This document shows positions 50,204 through 62,320 of a stretch of 64,000 nt of DNA, in pieces. The position numbers and the translations under genes were made by a program. Within the stretch, counting starts at the first letter, position 1, and each line of letters begins with the position of its first letter. The notes under the pieces were generated by a model. The model was not told the DNA's origin, searched no databases, and saw only the letters and a program-made list of their open reading frames with translations. This stretch comes from the human T2T-CHM13v2.0 reference genome, Homo sapiens. The DNA is taken from the NCBI RefSeq assembly GCF_009914755.1, contig NC_060938.1; one strand, given 5' to 3'.

Positions 50204-50700
50204 TTTATGACTAAAATCTCTCCATGGGTTTTTGGAACAGTGTCAAAACATGGAAGTCAAGTCCTTCATCGGGTATGGAATGGACTATGAAGCCCAGAGC
50301 ATACACGGTGTTTACAATGGGGGCTAGTGATGCTCTTGATGCTTGGCAGCTAAGCCATTCACACAGTGGCTTTTGATACAGAATGCCACATGCAGTGGGG
50401 GTCAGCAGGGGTGCCGAGAACATTTGCTCCACTTAAGAGAGACAGTCCCTGGGTTCTTGACCTCGGCCACTATCTACGCTTTGAAGGAGTCTTGAGCGAG
50501 GATGCCAAGCTGAGTGAGGATTCTATGGCATCTTGCTTCCCTGGTGCTTAAAGAGAGGTCAAACTTGGTGCATGCATTGTGCATGCCTGTGTGTGCGTGG
50601 TGTGTGTGCATGAGCGAGTGTGTGACTGGGTTTGCCACGAAGCAGTCACCATCTAACCTTGAGCCAAAGACCTGGAGGTGGTGGTCCGTGCTGCTGTTTC

Positions 50701-50778
50701 ATACTTGAGGAGAAATTATCCTTGGTGTGTTCGCTTTATTTATGATGAATCATACAAGGACAATTTCTTTTTGAGTAT
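50701..50778 (+). ncRNA. MIR539: pre-miR-539
   Basis: 5p GGAGAAATTATCCTTGGTGTGT; 3p ATCATACAAGGACAATTTCTTT. Confidence 0.99.
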
Positions 50779-51280
50779 CAAATCTTGCCTCGGCAGACTT
50801 CCTGGACGCCATGACAAGTTCTGTAAAGGGATGCACGCATCAGCCCTTCCCAGGGGCTCACGCCTGGGTGGGGATGAGGGCGCATGCAGTTGGTTTGTGG
50901 TGGGGACACTTGTGCCCTAACCTCAGAACCCTGGAGGCGGGGCCACGCTTGGCAGGGGGCCACGGGACTCCTTGGTGCTATCAGGGATTTGCATTGGCCA
51001 TGGGTGTGTGTTGTGGGTGATGCAGCATTCAAGCTACTTATCAAATCCTGCTTCTTGGAGGCACTTCTTGGACATGAAGCAAACCTTAGGGACCGATCAT
51101 TGGGGCCAGACCCCCTTCCCCTGCCCAAGAGTGTGACTGACCCCCAGGCATGGGCTTGACTCTCAATGTGTGAAGCTGACCTGCTAATCCTCATTGTTTG
51201 GACTACCTGAGAAGAACTTTCTGGAAGAGACACCAACTTTGGAGAAGATGCCCAGCTCTTCTTGATGGCACAGTTCTTTG

Positions 51281-51359
51281 GTGCTTAAAGAATGGCTGTC
51301 CGTAGTATGGTCTCTATATTTATGATGATTAATATCGGACAACCATTGTTTTAGTATCC
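51281..51359 (+). ncRNA. MIR889: pre-miR-889
   Basis: 3p TTAATATCGGACAACCATTGT. Confidence 0.98.
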
Positions 51360-51946
51360 AAATTTGCTTCAGAAGTTTTTGAAAGCACAGTGCTGACTTC
51401 AGTGAGGGGACATCGGTGCCTGCCCCACCATGGAGTGTGACTGTGTTGATGATTTATAATGATGAATCCAGTGATCTCAGAATGCAAGCCACCAGTGTGA
51501 TTTCCTTGGACAAATGCTAGCTTTGGGGTGGAGATGCCATTTAGGGGCTTGGTGCCATATCTTTTTATTGGAAGATGTTCACAATTATTTCATCTCTCTT
51601 TCTCTTCTTGTTATTAAATCTTAGCCACGAGGAATTCCTTGGAGAGATGCCGGGGTCAAGCCTCTCTCTAGGTAGATGGTGGACCGGGGAACCTGGGTCC
51701 AGCCTCTCCTATCTGTAGCCTTCATTCTGAGTATGAAACACTTCCTGTAGGGAATGCAAACATTAGTAAAAACTCCGTACATTTCCTGTTACTATTACTA
51801 CTTTTTGGCAGCTCCTAAGCAGCTGCCTGTTGGGTATTTGGATTATTCTTGGTGGACGTGGCATGGCTTCGTGCCTTCCTTGGGAACCACCCCATCTTAG
51901 ACAGACTCTCATGGAATAAGACGTTGTGGTCGACAGCACCTCTGGG

Positions 51947-51977
<31 letters not shown>

Positions 51978-51987
51978 TGTGCGTGTG
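51947..51987. repeat. (TG)n microsatellite
   Basis: About 13 perfect GT units plus imperfect tail. Confidence 0.9.
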
Positions 51988-52007
51988 CATATGAATTGTT
52001 GGCTAGA

Positions 52008-52175
52008 GTAGTGTTTCTCAAACTTTAAAAATGCTCCTAAGATTTTCATCACCTAGGGATCTTGTTAAAAAGCAGATTCTGATTCAGGGACCAAGATTCT
52101 GCATTTTTAGCAAGTTCTCAAGTGATGCTAATACCGCCGGTCTGTGGACAACACTCACAGTGGTTTGGGGCTGGA
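52008..52175. mobile_element. MER5A-family (hAT-Charlie) DNA transposon hosting MIR544A
   Basis: AGTGTTTCTCAAACTTT...ATCACCTAGGGATCTTGTTAAAA..GCAGATTCTGATTCAG...TCTGCATTTTTAGCAAGTTCTCAAGTGATGCTAAT..GGTCTGTGGACAACACT. Confidence 0.8.
52042..52132 (+). ncRNA. MIR544A: pre-miR-544a
   Basis: Mature ATTCTGCATTTTTAGCAAGTTC. Confidence 0.97.
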
Positions 52176-52933
52176 GACCAGGTGCTTTCCCTGTGATATG
52201 TGTCGCCTGTCTCCCCACATGCCATATACCGTCCATCGTGGGAGAACGGCCCAGAATCAACGTGCCATGTTTTGGTTTGTGAACAAGGGTTCACTTTCAC
52301 ATGCGTAAATAGCATGAGATTACTTTTCTTTAAAATCAAATCATGCCTCAAAGGGCTTCCCAGATACAAGACCTGCTTCAGGGAGGGGCCGCCGGTGTCA
52401 AGCTGCTGCAAGATTGTCGGGTGCAGGTCAACGGCACGCTTATTCATTATTGATGTGCTGGGCCCTGGAATTCTGTGACCCTCCGTTTCCAAGCAGTCAT
52501 CGGGAGGAAATTCCAGGAACTGAGACCATCTCTGCGGTAGGGACCCTGTCTTCAGGGATCAGTGACACCCCATTTTATCGGAAACAGAATTCTTCATGAT
52601 GGCTTTGCTTATCTCTGACATGCATTCTGCTGGTTCTCGTCATCAAATCCCGTCTTTCAGGAATCCGTGGAGGAAGCTTTCATATATTTTTAATGGAACC
52701 TGCCTTAGAAGTCTTTCTGAGCATGGTTCCAATGTCAGGGTTTTGACTTTGGTGCCAGGGCTGCCTGGGCCCTGAGACTGAGGTACGGGAATGGAAGGTC
52801 AATGCCAGTACGTGTGCTTTCTTTGCAGGATGTGAACACCTCCCTGCCCCAACCCTGGGATTCAGCTCATCCCAAGAAGAATCTTCTGGAAGCAAAGACA
52901 ACGGTGGGGAAGAGGCCATGGTTTTCGTTTCAG

Positions 52934-53030
52934 AACTATGCAAGGATATTTGAGGAGAGGTTATCCGTGTTATGTTCGCTTCATTCATCATGAATAATAC
53001 ATGGTTAACCTCTTTTTGAATATCAGACTC
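52934..53030 (+). ncRNA. MIR655: pre-miR-655
   Basis: 3p ATAATACATGGTTAACCTCTTT. Confidence 0.99.
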
Positions 53031-53789
53031 TGCCTCGGAGGGCCGCCCCCACAGGAGACGTGAGAGTGTGTGCCTTGTGTGAGCTGAGAGCCCCTGCCCC
53101 GGCTCCGTGCTGCGTGAGGGAAGCTTCCTGGAAGTGAGGCTGGTGGAGGGAAGAGCCCTGGGTTGCTTTGCTGTGTTTGCTGTGAATGCGATGTGTTTTT
53201 GCGAGTTATGTGAGGTTCCCTCCTCTTTGAATGCCAACTTGTGCCTTCCCCCAGTGGCTGGGTCTGTGGCTTAGCCACAGGGCTAGGTCCCTTCCTGGAC
53301 CCAGTGCTTTTCAGGGTGGGTCCCTGGGGGCAAGGACAAGGTTTACCACTCCACTGGGACACTTGAGGAGAGGTTAACTCCTCCATGCGGACTCCTTTGA
53401 GGACAGCCTGTTTTCCTCTCAGGGTGGCTCCCTGGATGAAGTCCAGCACCTCTGTGGGTGTGTGAAGGGCAGGCCGACTTGGGCTGTGTTCCCACTCCTC
53501 ACCCAGGTCACTGGCCCAGTGCCACTTCCTCCTCAGGTCAGCTTCCCTCTGCCAGCCGACCTGGTGGGGTCTCCTGGTCCATTGCTTGGTGCTCATAGAC
53601 ACTGGCACGGTGCCAGGTTCCCTTCACTCCTTCCCGATGGAGACCATGCAGCTAATGAATCTTCGGCTCTGTGATGCTGCCTTGGAGGGCTTCCTGCACA
53701 CAGCACCTGGTTTGAGAGGAGAACACGGACTCCAGCGTGTCCCCTGGTTATGGAGAAGGGAGGCTGTCCTTGATCCCCCGTTTGGTGGA

Positions 53790-54144
53790 TGATATAGTTT
53801 GGCTGTGTCTCCACTCAAATCTCATTTTGAATTCCTTTGTGTTGTGGGAGGGTCCTGGTGGGAGGTAATTGAATCAGGGGAGTGGGTCTTTCCCTTGCTG
53901 TTCTTGTGATAGTGAATGGGTCTCATGAGAGCTGATGGTTTTATAAGGCAGAGTTTCCCTGCACAAGGTCTCTGTTTGCCTGCTGCCATCCACGTAAGAC
54001 CTGACTTGCTTCTCCTTGCTTTCCACCATGACTGTGAGGCTTACCCAGCCACGTGGAACTGTAAGTCCAATTGAACCTCTTTCTTTTGCAAATTGCCCAG
54101 TCTTGGGTATGTCTTTATCAGCAGCCAGAAAATGGACTAACACA
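53790..54144 (+). mobile_element. THE1 (MaLR) solo LTR
   Basis: TGATATAGTTTGGCTGTGTCTCCACTCAAATCTCAT...AAATGGACTAACACA; TG...CA ends; 5-bp TSD GTGGA (53785-53789 and 54145-54149). Confidence 0.93.
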
Positions 54145-55395
54145 GTGGAGGGCAGTGGCACCAAGCCCCGCCCCCTTCAGGATGTGGTCCCTGTGTGGGG
54201 CAGCATCCTGGAGTGGCTGCAAAGCCCCACTGCTCTCTGCCTCCGTGGCTTTGTCCTATCTGAGGTGGCCAGTGCGCTGGGGTCCCTGTGTGGAGTCAGT
54301 TCTTTATGGGTGCCTGCAGGTGCCGGCTTCACAGTAAGAAAACTGTCAGCTTCGCCTGAGGTATGGGCACAGAGGTGACGCAGGGATATGAACTTTGTTG
54401 ACGAATGTGTTCTCTGCACAGCTAACCCAGAGAATTCATTCCACCCTCAGGAGAAGCCCTAGAAGTGATACGGGCTCTGGCCGGGGGACCCGATGTGCTC
54501 GTGTCGCGGCGTGGGGCTTGGTGAGGAACCACCGGAGTGCTCTTGCATTTTTCATGACAAAGACCACACAGTTGGCCTCATTCCTGCACAGTGGGAGAAT
54601 GTGTGGAGGTGTCCCGCCACCAGAGAGGAGGTCTATGTCAGCACCATCACCAGGTACCTGGGGGAGGGTCTGCTGACGATGCCCAATGTTCAATGGCCCA
54701 AGCAACCCGTCCTTGGGGGACTTCTGGGCAAGACCATTTCGGTGCTCAGCCCCACTCCGTGTCCCAGGCAGAGAGGGGGCTGAATTGATGATACCTATTA
54801 AATGGGTCATTAATTCTCATTATCCATGCAGCCTGCCCATGAGGGTCCCCCAGAAGGGAGGGCAACTCCGGGGAAAGGTTCTGGCCATCAGCACGAGGCC
54901 ACGATCCAGGAGGTGCTGCAGAGCCAGAGGCCACAGGACAGATTATCAAGCCAGGTCACAGGCTTTCTCTGTCCTTGACCCTCAGCATCCAGGCTACCTA
55001 CAAGAGGAGGCAGGGGGACTCCTCTGACACACCTGGGGAGGTCTCGTCAATGGCAGGTTCCCTCTACAACGCTTTCTCTGCTGCAAATGCAACTCAGCAT
55101 CACCTCTTTCCTGGATATAATTCCAAGGAATTATTAAAGGAGGCATTGGTGTCAGCACCTCGTGAAATACTCGTAAGGATGACCCATGGCAGAGCCTGTG
55201 TCTTCATTGGAGTAAGACTCACATGCTGTGGCCTCCAGGCTCTGGAGGCCTCGGGGGCAGAGCAGGGTTGAGGCTGACCGTGGGGCCTCGCCTGGGTTTG
55301 TGGCTTATCATATTGGACCACTGTTTTTCAGGACAAACTCCCCGGAGATGTCCCCTGGCAGGACCCTGACCTGGAGGCAGGGTGCTGTCCATGAT

Positions 55396-55466
55396 AGGGG
55401 AATGGATGGTTGATCAGAGAACGTACATTTTATAAATGGTGTATGTCAGTTGATCCACAGTCCCTA
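55396..55466 (+). ncRNA. miR-3959-like hairpin (miR-379/154 family), not recalled as annotated in human
   Basis: 5' GGTTGATCAGAGAACGTACATT pairs with 3' TGTATGTCAGTTGATCCACAGT. Confidence 0.55.
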
Positions 55467-55829
55467 CCTATCCAGTGACTTCTGGAGGCCACATCAGCTC
55501 AGAAGACAAGGTGGTGGTTTCCTAGGCCATGCTATTTTCTGGCACTTGAAAGGACCTTCTCCTTGCCGGGTTTGCTTTCTTTATGCCCAGTCTCATGAGG
55601 GAGTGCCTTTTTTGAGTATGGATCTTGCTGGGGAAGCTTTCTGGAAGGAGCTGTTGCCCTTCGTCCCTCTCCAGGGGCAAGAATGCATGGTTGGCTGGAA
55701 AGCAAGGGCTTGATTGACATTGTGCACCCCTCAACTCTCCTAACCCTCTGTCCCCAATTCATCCTCAGGCGGACTAGCTGGAAGGAAGGCAGACTCTGGT
55801 GAAGACATGGGCCGTCACCGTCAGCCTTC

Positions 55830-55909
55830 GGTACTTGAAGAGTGGTTATCCCTGCTGTGTTCGCTTAATTTATGACGAATCATACAGGGACATCCAGTTT
55901 TTCAGTATC
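55830..55909 (+). ncRNA. MIR487A: pre-miR-487a
   Basis: 3p AATCATACAGGGACATCCAGTT. Confidence 0.99.
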
Positions 55910-56619
55910 AAATACTGCTTTGGAAGGCTTCCCGGACAGCGTCCCGCCTTCAGGCAGGGGGTCTTGGCTTCACCTCCCACCCAAGGTATGTATGTGAACG
56001 GGCCATCGCAGTGCACTAGCTTCTTCATGTGCCACAGCCATGACCAGAATCGAATCTCTGAGGAAGATGGTTACTTCTAAGGCTGTGATTTTCTGGAAGG
56101 GGCTTTGGTGTCTGCACTACATTATTGGGGGAAGTTGACCAGTGAGAGGCCCATTCACACAAGACGTCTGTCACCTGCTCCAAGTGACCCTCACCCTTGG
56201 TAAGATGAATCTCTGGAGACATGCTGGCTCGGTAGTGTTACTGTCATCAGCCGGACTGACTGATAGGTAATTGGTCATCATTATTGCTTTTGTTCCAGGG
56301 CAGAATTTTTGAGTGCCAAATCTTGCCAGGGAAGGGTTTCTGGAAGCAGCAACGCCCTCTGGGGAGACTTGGCATCCACATCTGTTGGAGTTTGTGGAGA
56401 GTTAGTTGAGCAGTCTGAGCTTTGTTTCTGAGGCGTCTCCCTGAGCTCACTCTCCTGCCAGAGCTGTGTCCTGCCCATGGCCATAATGGCTATTGAGAGG
56501 GTTGGTGACTTTGGCCACCATGATTTTGTTTCGATAAAGTTCTCTCTTTTTAAAAAAATCAGATTCTTTTGTTTATAGCATAACTACATGGTTCATGAGT
56601 TGATCAAATAACAAGGAAT

Positions 56620-57200
56620 GACTTGGTCATTCCATAAATAGTGATGGAGTGCACACTGTGTTCTAGGTGATTCTGGACCTTAGCAGAGAGCAGTGAATGA
56701 AATCAAGTTCTTGCTCATGTGGACTTTACATTCTGGTGGAAGAGACGGATGAGAACACATGAATTAGGAAGCGTAATTTTGTCCACTGCTAGGTTTTATG
56801 GGGAAAGGGAAAGCGGGTTACAGTGACAGAAAGAGGTAAAAGCAGGTGGACCTTTGTGTTAAATACAGGGGTCTGGAAAGCTCTCTCTGAGGATGTGGGT
56901 GGGAATGGAGTGGGGTGGACCAGAGGAAGGTCTGGGGTAGGAGCATTTCAGGAGGAGGGCAAGGCCCATGGAAAGCCCCCTGGCATCTTTAAGAAAAAGC
57001 AAGAAGGCCAGTGGGATTGAACCGAGCTGCTGGGAGTCGCTGGGTCTGAGCTGGGAGAGGCAGGACTCCAGGTTTTATTCTGAGTGAGATGGGGGATTTG
57101 GAAGGGTTGTGAGCAGGGGGGATGCGTGGTCTGTGTTGGAAAGATCACTCTGACCACAAGGGCATTGATAGAGAATCTACCCAGGGCAGTGATGGGGAAC
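56620..57200 (-). mobile_element. L2 element, antisense
   Basis: CATTCCATAAATAGTGATGGAGTGCACACTGTGTTCTAGG...GAAGGGTTGTGAGCAGGGG...GGAAAGATCACTCTGAC. Confidence 0.7.
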
Positions 57201-57689
57201 CTACCAGGGGCCTGGCGTGCCTGAGCTGGGCAGTTTCTCTAGGGGCACCTGCAGTGGCAAAAGGGGGCCCCCTCTGGACCTCCCTAGTTCAGTGGGCCCT
57301 GCGGGAGCCTGGCTGGCACCTTGATGTGCTTGATGGATAACTCAGTGTGCTCTGTTGAGAAGTCCAAGGCCCTGTTCAGAAACCCTGGGGTCTACACACT
57401 GCGGAGTGCTCCTGGCGTGTGACAAGTGGCTTCCCTCTTCTTATTTCTAAACCTTGCGCGTGTGGATTCAGGACCACAATTTCAACTCCAGGGAAGGGGG
57501 ACTGTGCCAGCACCACTCCAAGGGAGGTGAGTGAAGGGTTGCCCAAACTCCAGTGTGTTCCTAGGACACCCGTCAGCTGCCTCACTAATGCTCGGTGTCC
57601 ACTCTGTCCACAGGATGGTGGTTGGCAGCCACTCCCCTTGGAGAAGTGGAAGGGGACTCCTTGTCTGTCTTGTCTCTGCTTTTCTGTGG

Positions 57690-57765
57690 TACTTGAAGAG
57701 AAGTTGTTCGTGGTGGATTCGCTTTACTTATGACGAATCATTCACGGACAACACTTTTTTCAGTA
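57690..57765 (+). ncRNA. MIR382: pre-miR-382
   Basis: 5p GAAGTTGTTCGTGGTGGATTCG; 3p AATCATTCACGGACAACACTT. Confidence 0.99.
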
Positions 57766-58070
57766 CCAAATGCTACCTCTAAGGACTTCCTGGACACAAT
57801 GGCAGCTTCAGGAAAGATAGTCTTTGTGTCAACCATGTGGAAAAGCCAAGAATGGATGGCGGGCCATGGACAATGCGCTGACCTAGCTGTAAGTCACCTG
57901 GCCCGATAATCCGAGCCTCCCATGCACCTATAGGAGGTCTTCCCATGGGTCTCACCAACTCTGGGGAATCAGCTGTGGTTCTGTCACCAGCGTCACCTCA
58001 CAAGACTTTGAAGAGAGGCTCCCTGGGCCCCAGGCCGACTTCCAGAAGAGATGTTGGTGTCAGCACCGTC

Positions 58071-58143
58071 CAGGGTGTGTGACTGGTTGACCAGAGGGGC
58101 ATGCACTGTGTTCACCCTGTGGGCCACCTAGTCACCAACCCTC
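58071..58143 (+). ncRNA. MIR134: pre-miR-134
   Basis: 5p TGTGACTGGTTGACCAGAGGGG. Confidence 0.99.
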
Positions 58144-58641
58144 AGCATCACTCCCACTCCAGGAAGACTTTCCAGAGCTCCCACCAACTCTGGGGAAGCG
58201 GCCATGGACTTGCTGTGACTGCTTGGTGGACTGCGATGACACGTGCTCTTGGGGGTGTATGTTTACTTAAAATGCAATGAGTCAGCCTTGGCAGCCCCTT
58301 CACCACTGTGACAGCCTCCTTGAAGTGTTGACTTCCGATGTGGGACGCCATGTTGTCTTCTGTTGAGGGACCTGATGTGGGCCAGCTTTTCTCCTGGGTG
58401 TGTGACTGAATCCTTCTTCCCAGAGCATGTGCTGCCTTTGTTAGGTCTGTCACGTCGTCCTCTAATACCCAGCATCCTGTCTCTCCCTAGGAGGCTCCAT
58501 GGAGATAATGCGGCTTTGGGAAGCGGCCATGATTCTCCTGTCAGGGACCAGTGAGCTACGCAAAAGCTCCCTGTCTTGTCTGGAAGGACGAACTGCATCC
58601 TTGCTGCTGGGGAGAAGGCAGTGCCCTCAGCACTCCCTTAA

Positions 58642-58707
58642 GGTAAGTGCGCCTCGGGTGAGCATGCACTTAATGTGGGTGTATGTCACTCGGCTCGGCC
58701 CACTACC
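58642..58707 (+). ncRNA. MIR668: pre-miR-668
   Basis: 3p TGTCACTCGGCTCGGCCCACTAC. Confidence 0.98.
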
Positions 58708-58802
58708 CAATACTATCCCACCCATTCCTAACAGGACTCCCGAGAAGGGCGGCCACCTCTGCCAGAGAGGCAATGGATTTCTCACCAGTGTTCATGTGTG
58801 GT

Positions 58803-58875
58803 ACTTGGAGAGAGGCTGGCCGTGATGAATTCGATTCATCAAAGCGAGTCATACACGGCTCTCCTCTCTTTTAGT
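58803..58875 (+). ncRNA. MIR485: pre-miR-485
   Basis: 5p AGAGGCTGGCCGTGATGAATTC; 3p GTCATACACGGCTCTCCTCTCT. Confidence 0.99.
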
Positions 58876-59602
58876 GTCAAATTCTGCCTCGGAGGGCTTC
58901 CTGAGCCAGTGCTGCTTCCAAGGTAGGTTTCTGGATGGCTGACCCCATGGCAAGCATTTTCCTGAGGATGCATGTAACTGACCTACTAACTTTAGAGTCC
59001 AAGCTGACCCTAAAACAACTTCCTGGGGCACTACCAACTTTAGGAAAATCGAGAGAGGTTGTTGGGATGCCCTAATTTTTTAAAAGTTAAGATTGAAATA
59101 CACATGGCTGACTTCTTTTTTTATTCCTATCAAATTCAACCTTGGAGTTGAATCTTGGGCATCTAGAAGCATCTTTTATTAGTCAGCCGTCGGGATACAG
59201 AAGAAAACAGGAACAGGACTCTGTGCGACCCCTGGTTTACTAACCCACAGCAGCCTTACACCCTCCAGAGAATTCCTGTAAGGGAATCCCAGGTTTACCA
59301 AGGAGGCAGTGCTTAGCCTGCTTTTGCACACACATTTGTGTGTGGTTTGCTTCATATTTAATGACTCATGTGCCACTGACATCCTTGCATTATTAAATGT
59401 TGCCTGCATGGCCAGCTGAGCACAAGAAGTGGTATTTCTGTGCACACTAATCCTGGCTTGGTGAACCTGGGGTTGGCCGGAGAGCATGGGTTTGAGCCAC
59501 CTGGTCCACTCATCCTCAGGGTCCCATCCACCCTCAGAGGCCACTCCCAAGCTGCCCAGGCTGTGCAGAAGATGCAGGAATGCTGCGAGCAGTGCCACCT
59601 CA

Positions 59603-59684
59603 CGGTACTCGGAGGGAGGTTGTCCGTGGTGAGTTCGCATTATTTAATGATGCCCAATACACGGTCGACCTCTTTTCGGTATCA
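59603..59684 (+). ncRNA. MIR323B: pre-miR-323b (formerly miR-453)
   Basis: 5p AGGTTGTCCGTGGTGAGTTCGCA; 3p CCCAATACACGGTCGACCTCTT. Confidence 0.98.
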
Positions 59685-60139
59685 GATCTCACCAGGTGTC
59701 TTCTTGGACCTGATGCCGATTTAGGGGACACCATACTCATGTTGGTTCCACACCAGTGCAACTGAACATGTGTGTGGCCCTGGAACCAATGGGTAGGTGC
59801 TGCTAGCACTCCTAATCCTCAGCCAGTGCATTCCTGGGGAAGAAGCATGTGATCTGTGCTCAAGACCCCTCTGTGACTGAGGAAGTGGTGGTGCCCATGA
59901 TGCTTCTGGGGTTTTGTGTTTTTTTTTTTAAAGAAAAACAATGTATAGTTCTCTTCTCTTTCACTATTAAATCTTACCATGGAGGAAGGACTTCTTAGAC
60001 ATGTTGACAAATTCAGGGAAGGGGCGTTGATTTCAGCATTCTTGGGGACTCACTGGAAGGGTGACTCACCACATCTGTTGATCTGGAGGCCACAGCAAAT
60101 TTAAGAACAGAAGACAGTTGCATTTTCAATTTCTTGTTT

Positions 60140-62320
60140 TTCTTTTCAAAAAGGATAATTATTCTACCTTATTACCATATTTATGAAAATGACACATGCT
60201 TAATAAAATTCAAGCGATGTGGAAAAATCTAAATGAAAAAGAAGGAAAATTGCCCAATTCTCTGGCACCCAGAAATAACCATTAAGGGCTTTAGAAATTT
60301 CATACACCTGTCTGAGCATACATGCAAATAGAAAAACAAGACAGACGCAGGGAAAATATGAGATCACACTGTACCTAATCATTTTATTAAAAATGCTAAC
60401 TATAATTTTCCTTGAATTTATCATAAAAAACAAGCTAAAGGAGATTGAAATGATTGATAAATGTTTCTCGCTTTACCACCACAGGTAGCAACTCCTAAAA
60501 GATCCCTGTAAAATTAAGAAAAATTAGAGTGTAAAAATTAAGTGGTTAGGATTGTTATGGTTTTTAACTATTTCAATTTCACTCCTAGTTCAGAAAGATA
60601 AAGAAGTCAGCATTCTTATTCTTCCTTTGCTTACTATCTCCTGCTTTTTCTCAATTATACATTTTAATTTTACATTATAAATATCTGCAATTTGTTCTAG
60701 AACTATAATTCTTGCAGGTGTTTTGCCATAGTTCTATATTTAAATGAATTCATTTCTGACCACAAGGTTTGTTTTTTTTTAACTGAGGTTTCTCCGTTCT
60801 TTAGTTTTTAAGTTTAATTTATCTCTCAATGGAAATGATCTTATTGTTTCTGTGAGAATAGCTCATAGACACTACCCTTGAGTTCCTGTGCATTTGAGAG
60901 TATATATCTCTTTATGCACAAGGGACAGCTTAACTAGGTATAAAAGTCTCAGCCTACTTGTTTTTTCTCAGAAATTTATAGCTATTGTCCACTGTTTTTT
61001 GCATTGAGGCTTTCACTAGCTGTCTTAATGTGGCTTCTCCATGTAGCTCTTACTTACCTGGACTATTTTATCTAGCGATCTTCACAAACCTTGTTGGAAA
61101 GACTTTGAGGTACTATGTTCTGTGAGGTATTTCGTCTCTGAGAATGTCTGACCATTGCTCTTACACCTTTTCCCATCTGTCCATTTTTTTTTCATTCTGT
61201 TCTATTTGGCCTTTATGATTTCAAGTTTTTAAAATTTCTTTAGTCACTTTAAAGATATTTATTGTATAATTTCTTTCAGCTTTAGGGATACAAGCCCCTT
61301 TCTTTGTTGAATCTATTGACTCTCATGATGGTGCTTTTCTTCATGGTTTTTGTAGCTTTGTGTTGTGAGGTTATCATCAGTTGAGCACTTAGGTGTTTCT
61401 GTTTTGTTTCAATCCCTATGCACATGAGTTTGCATTTGGTTCTGCCTGGTACCCCAAGGAATTTACCAGTTGGTACCAGTTTTTCAACTCATTTTGTTGG
61501 CTTAAGGATTCCCAGACATATGGCTGGCAGAAGTCCTCACCATATCTTTGTCCTGAACCTTTGGTATCTCACAGGAGACCTCATTCTATCCACTCCCTAA
61601 AAATGACAAATTCTCTTATCCCTGGCCATTATAAAATTTTCTGGTTCCCCTTTCCATTCCCAGATCAACTTCTCCTGGATGCACGGTCATGTCTTTTCAT
61701 CCTGCTTGTACTTGAACTTGACTGTAGACCCTTGGAGCCTCTAGCCAGCACAGCATCCCTTAGATCCCTTAGTGGCAGGTTGCATGAACTAATTCTTTTC
61801 ATTAACACCTGAGGGTTTTGCCTTTCAGCTGTATGTTTATTTGGGAATTGATTTTGCCTGCTGTTGCATTTTATCCAACACTTCTCAATGTTTGTGGAGG
61901 AGAGGGTTCCCTATCAGTGCTTGTTGCTGGGATGGAGCCTTTGAGCTGAATGATGGGTGAACTTGGCATGACATTCTTGGCTCCCAGTTTCTTCCCTCTG
62001 AACTTTGTAAACTTGCCTCCATTGCTTTCTGGTGTTAAACCATTGCTGTGGACAAGCCTGGGGACAGCTGCTTTCCCTTGGATGGATGAACTTTTTTTTT
62101 TTCCTGCTTAGATTTCCTGATTCTTTCTTTAGTCTTGAACGTTGGTGACTTTACCGGGTTATGACTCAGTCACTATTTTTATTCATTAGTTTTTCTGAAT
62201 CATAGTATGCCTTCTTGATGAGTAGATTTAATCGTTCCTTTGTTTCAAGGATTTATTCATTTTATGAGCACTTTTCTACTCCAGGTGTTGGTTTTTTCTT
62301 TGGTGAAATAATCTGTTTTG
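60140..62320 (-). mobile_element. Old L1M-type insertion(s) interrupting the miRNA array
   Basis: AT/T-rich block lacking the C14MC unit motif; L1M-like phrases (ACAGCTTAACTAGGTATAAAAGTCTC); bounds approximate. Confidence 0.5.

Noticed and set aside
52988-53608. 206-aa and other 150-190-aa antisense ORFs across the miRNA array
   Set aside because: No recognisable domains, several start at non-ATG codons, and they are expected by chance in GC-rich sequence
48500-55200. Exon structure of host lncRNAs (MIR381HG here; MEG8 near the window start)
   Set aside because: Known to overlap this locus, but exon boundaries cannot be derived from sequence alone
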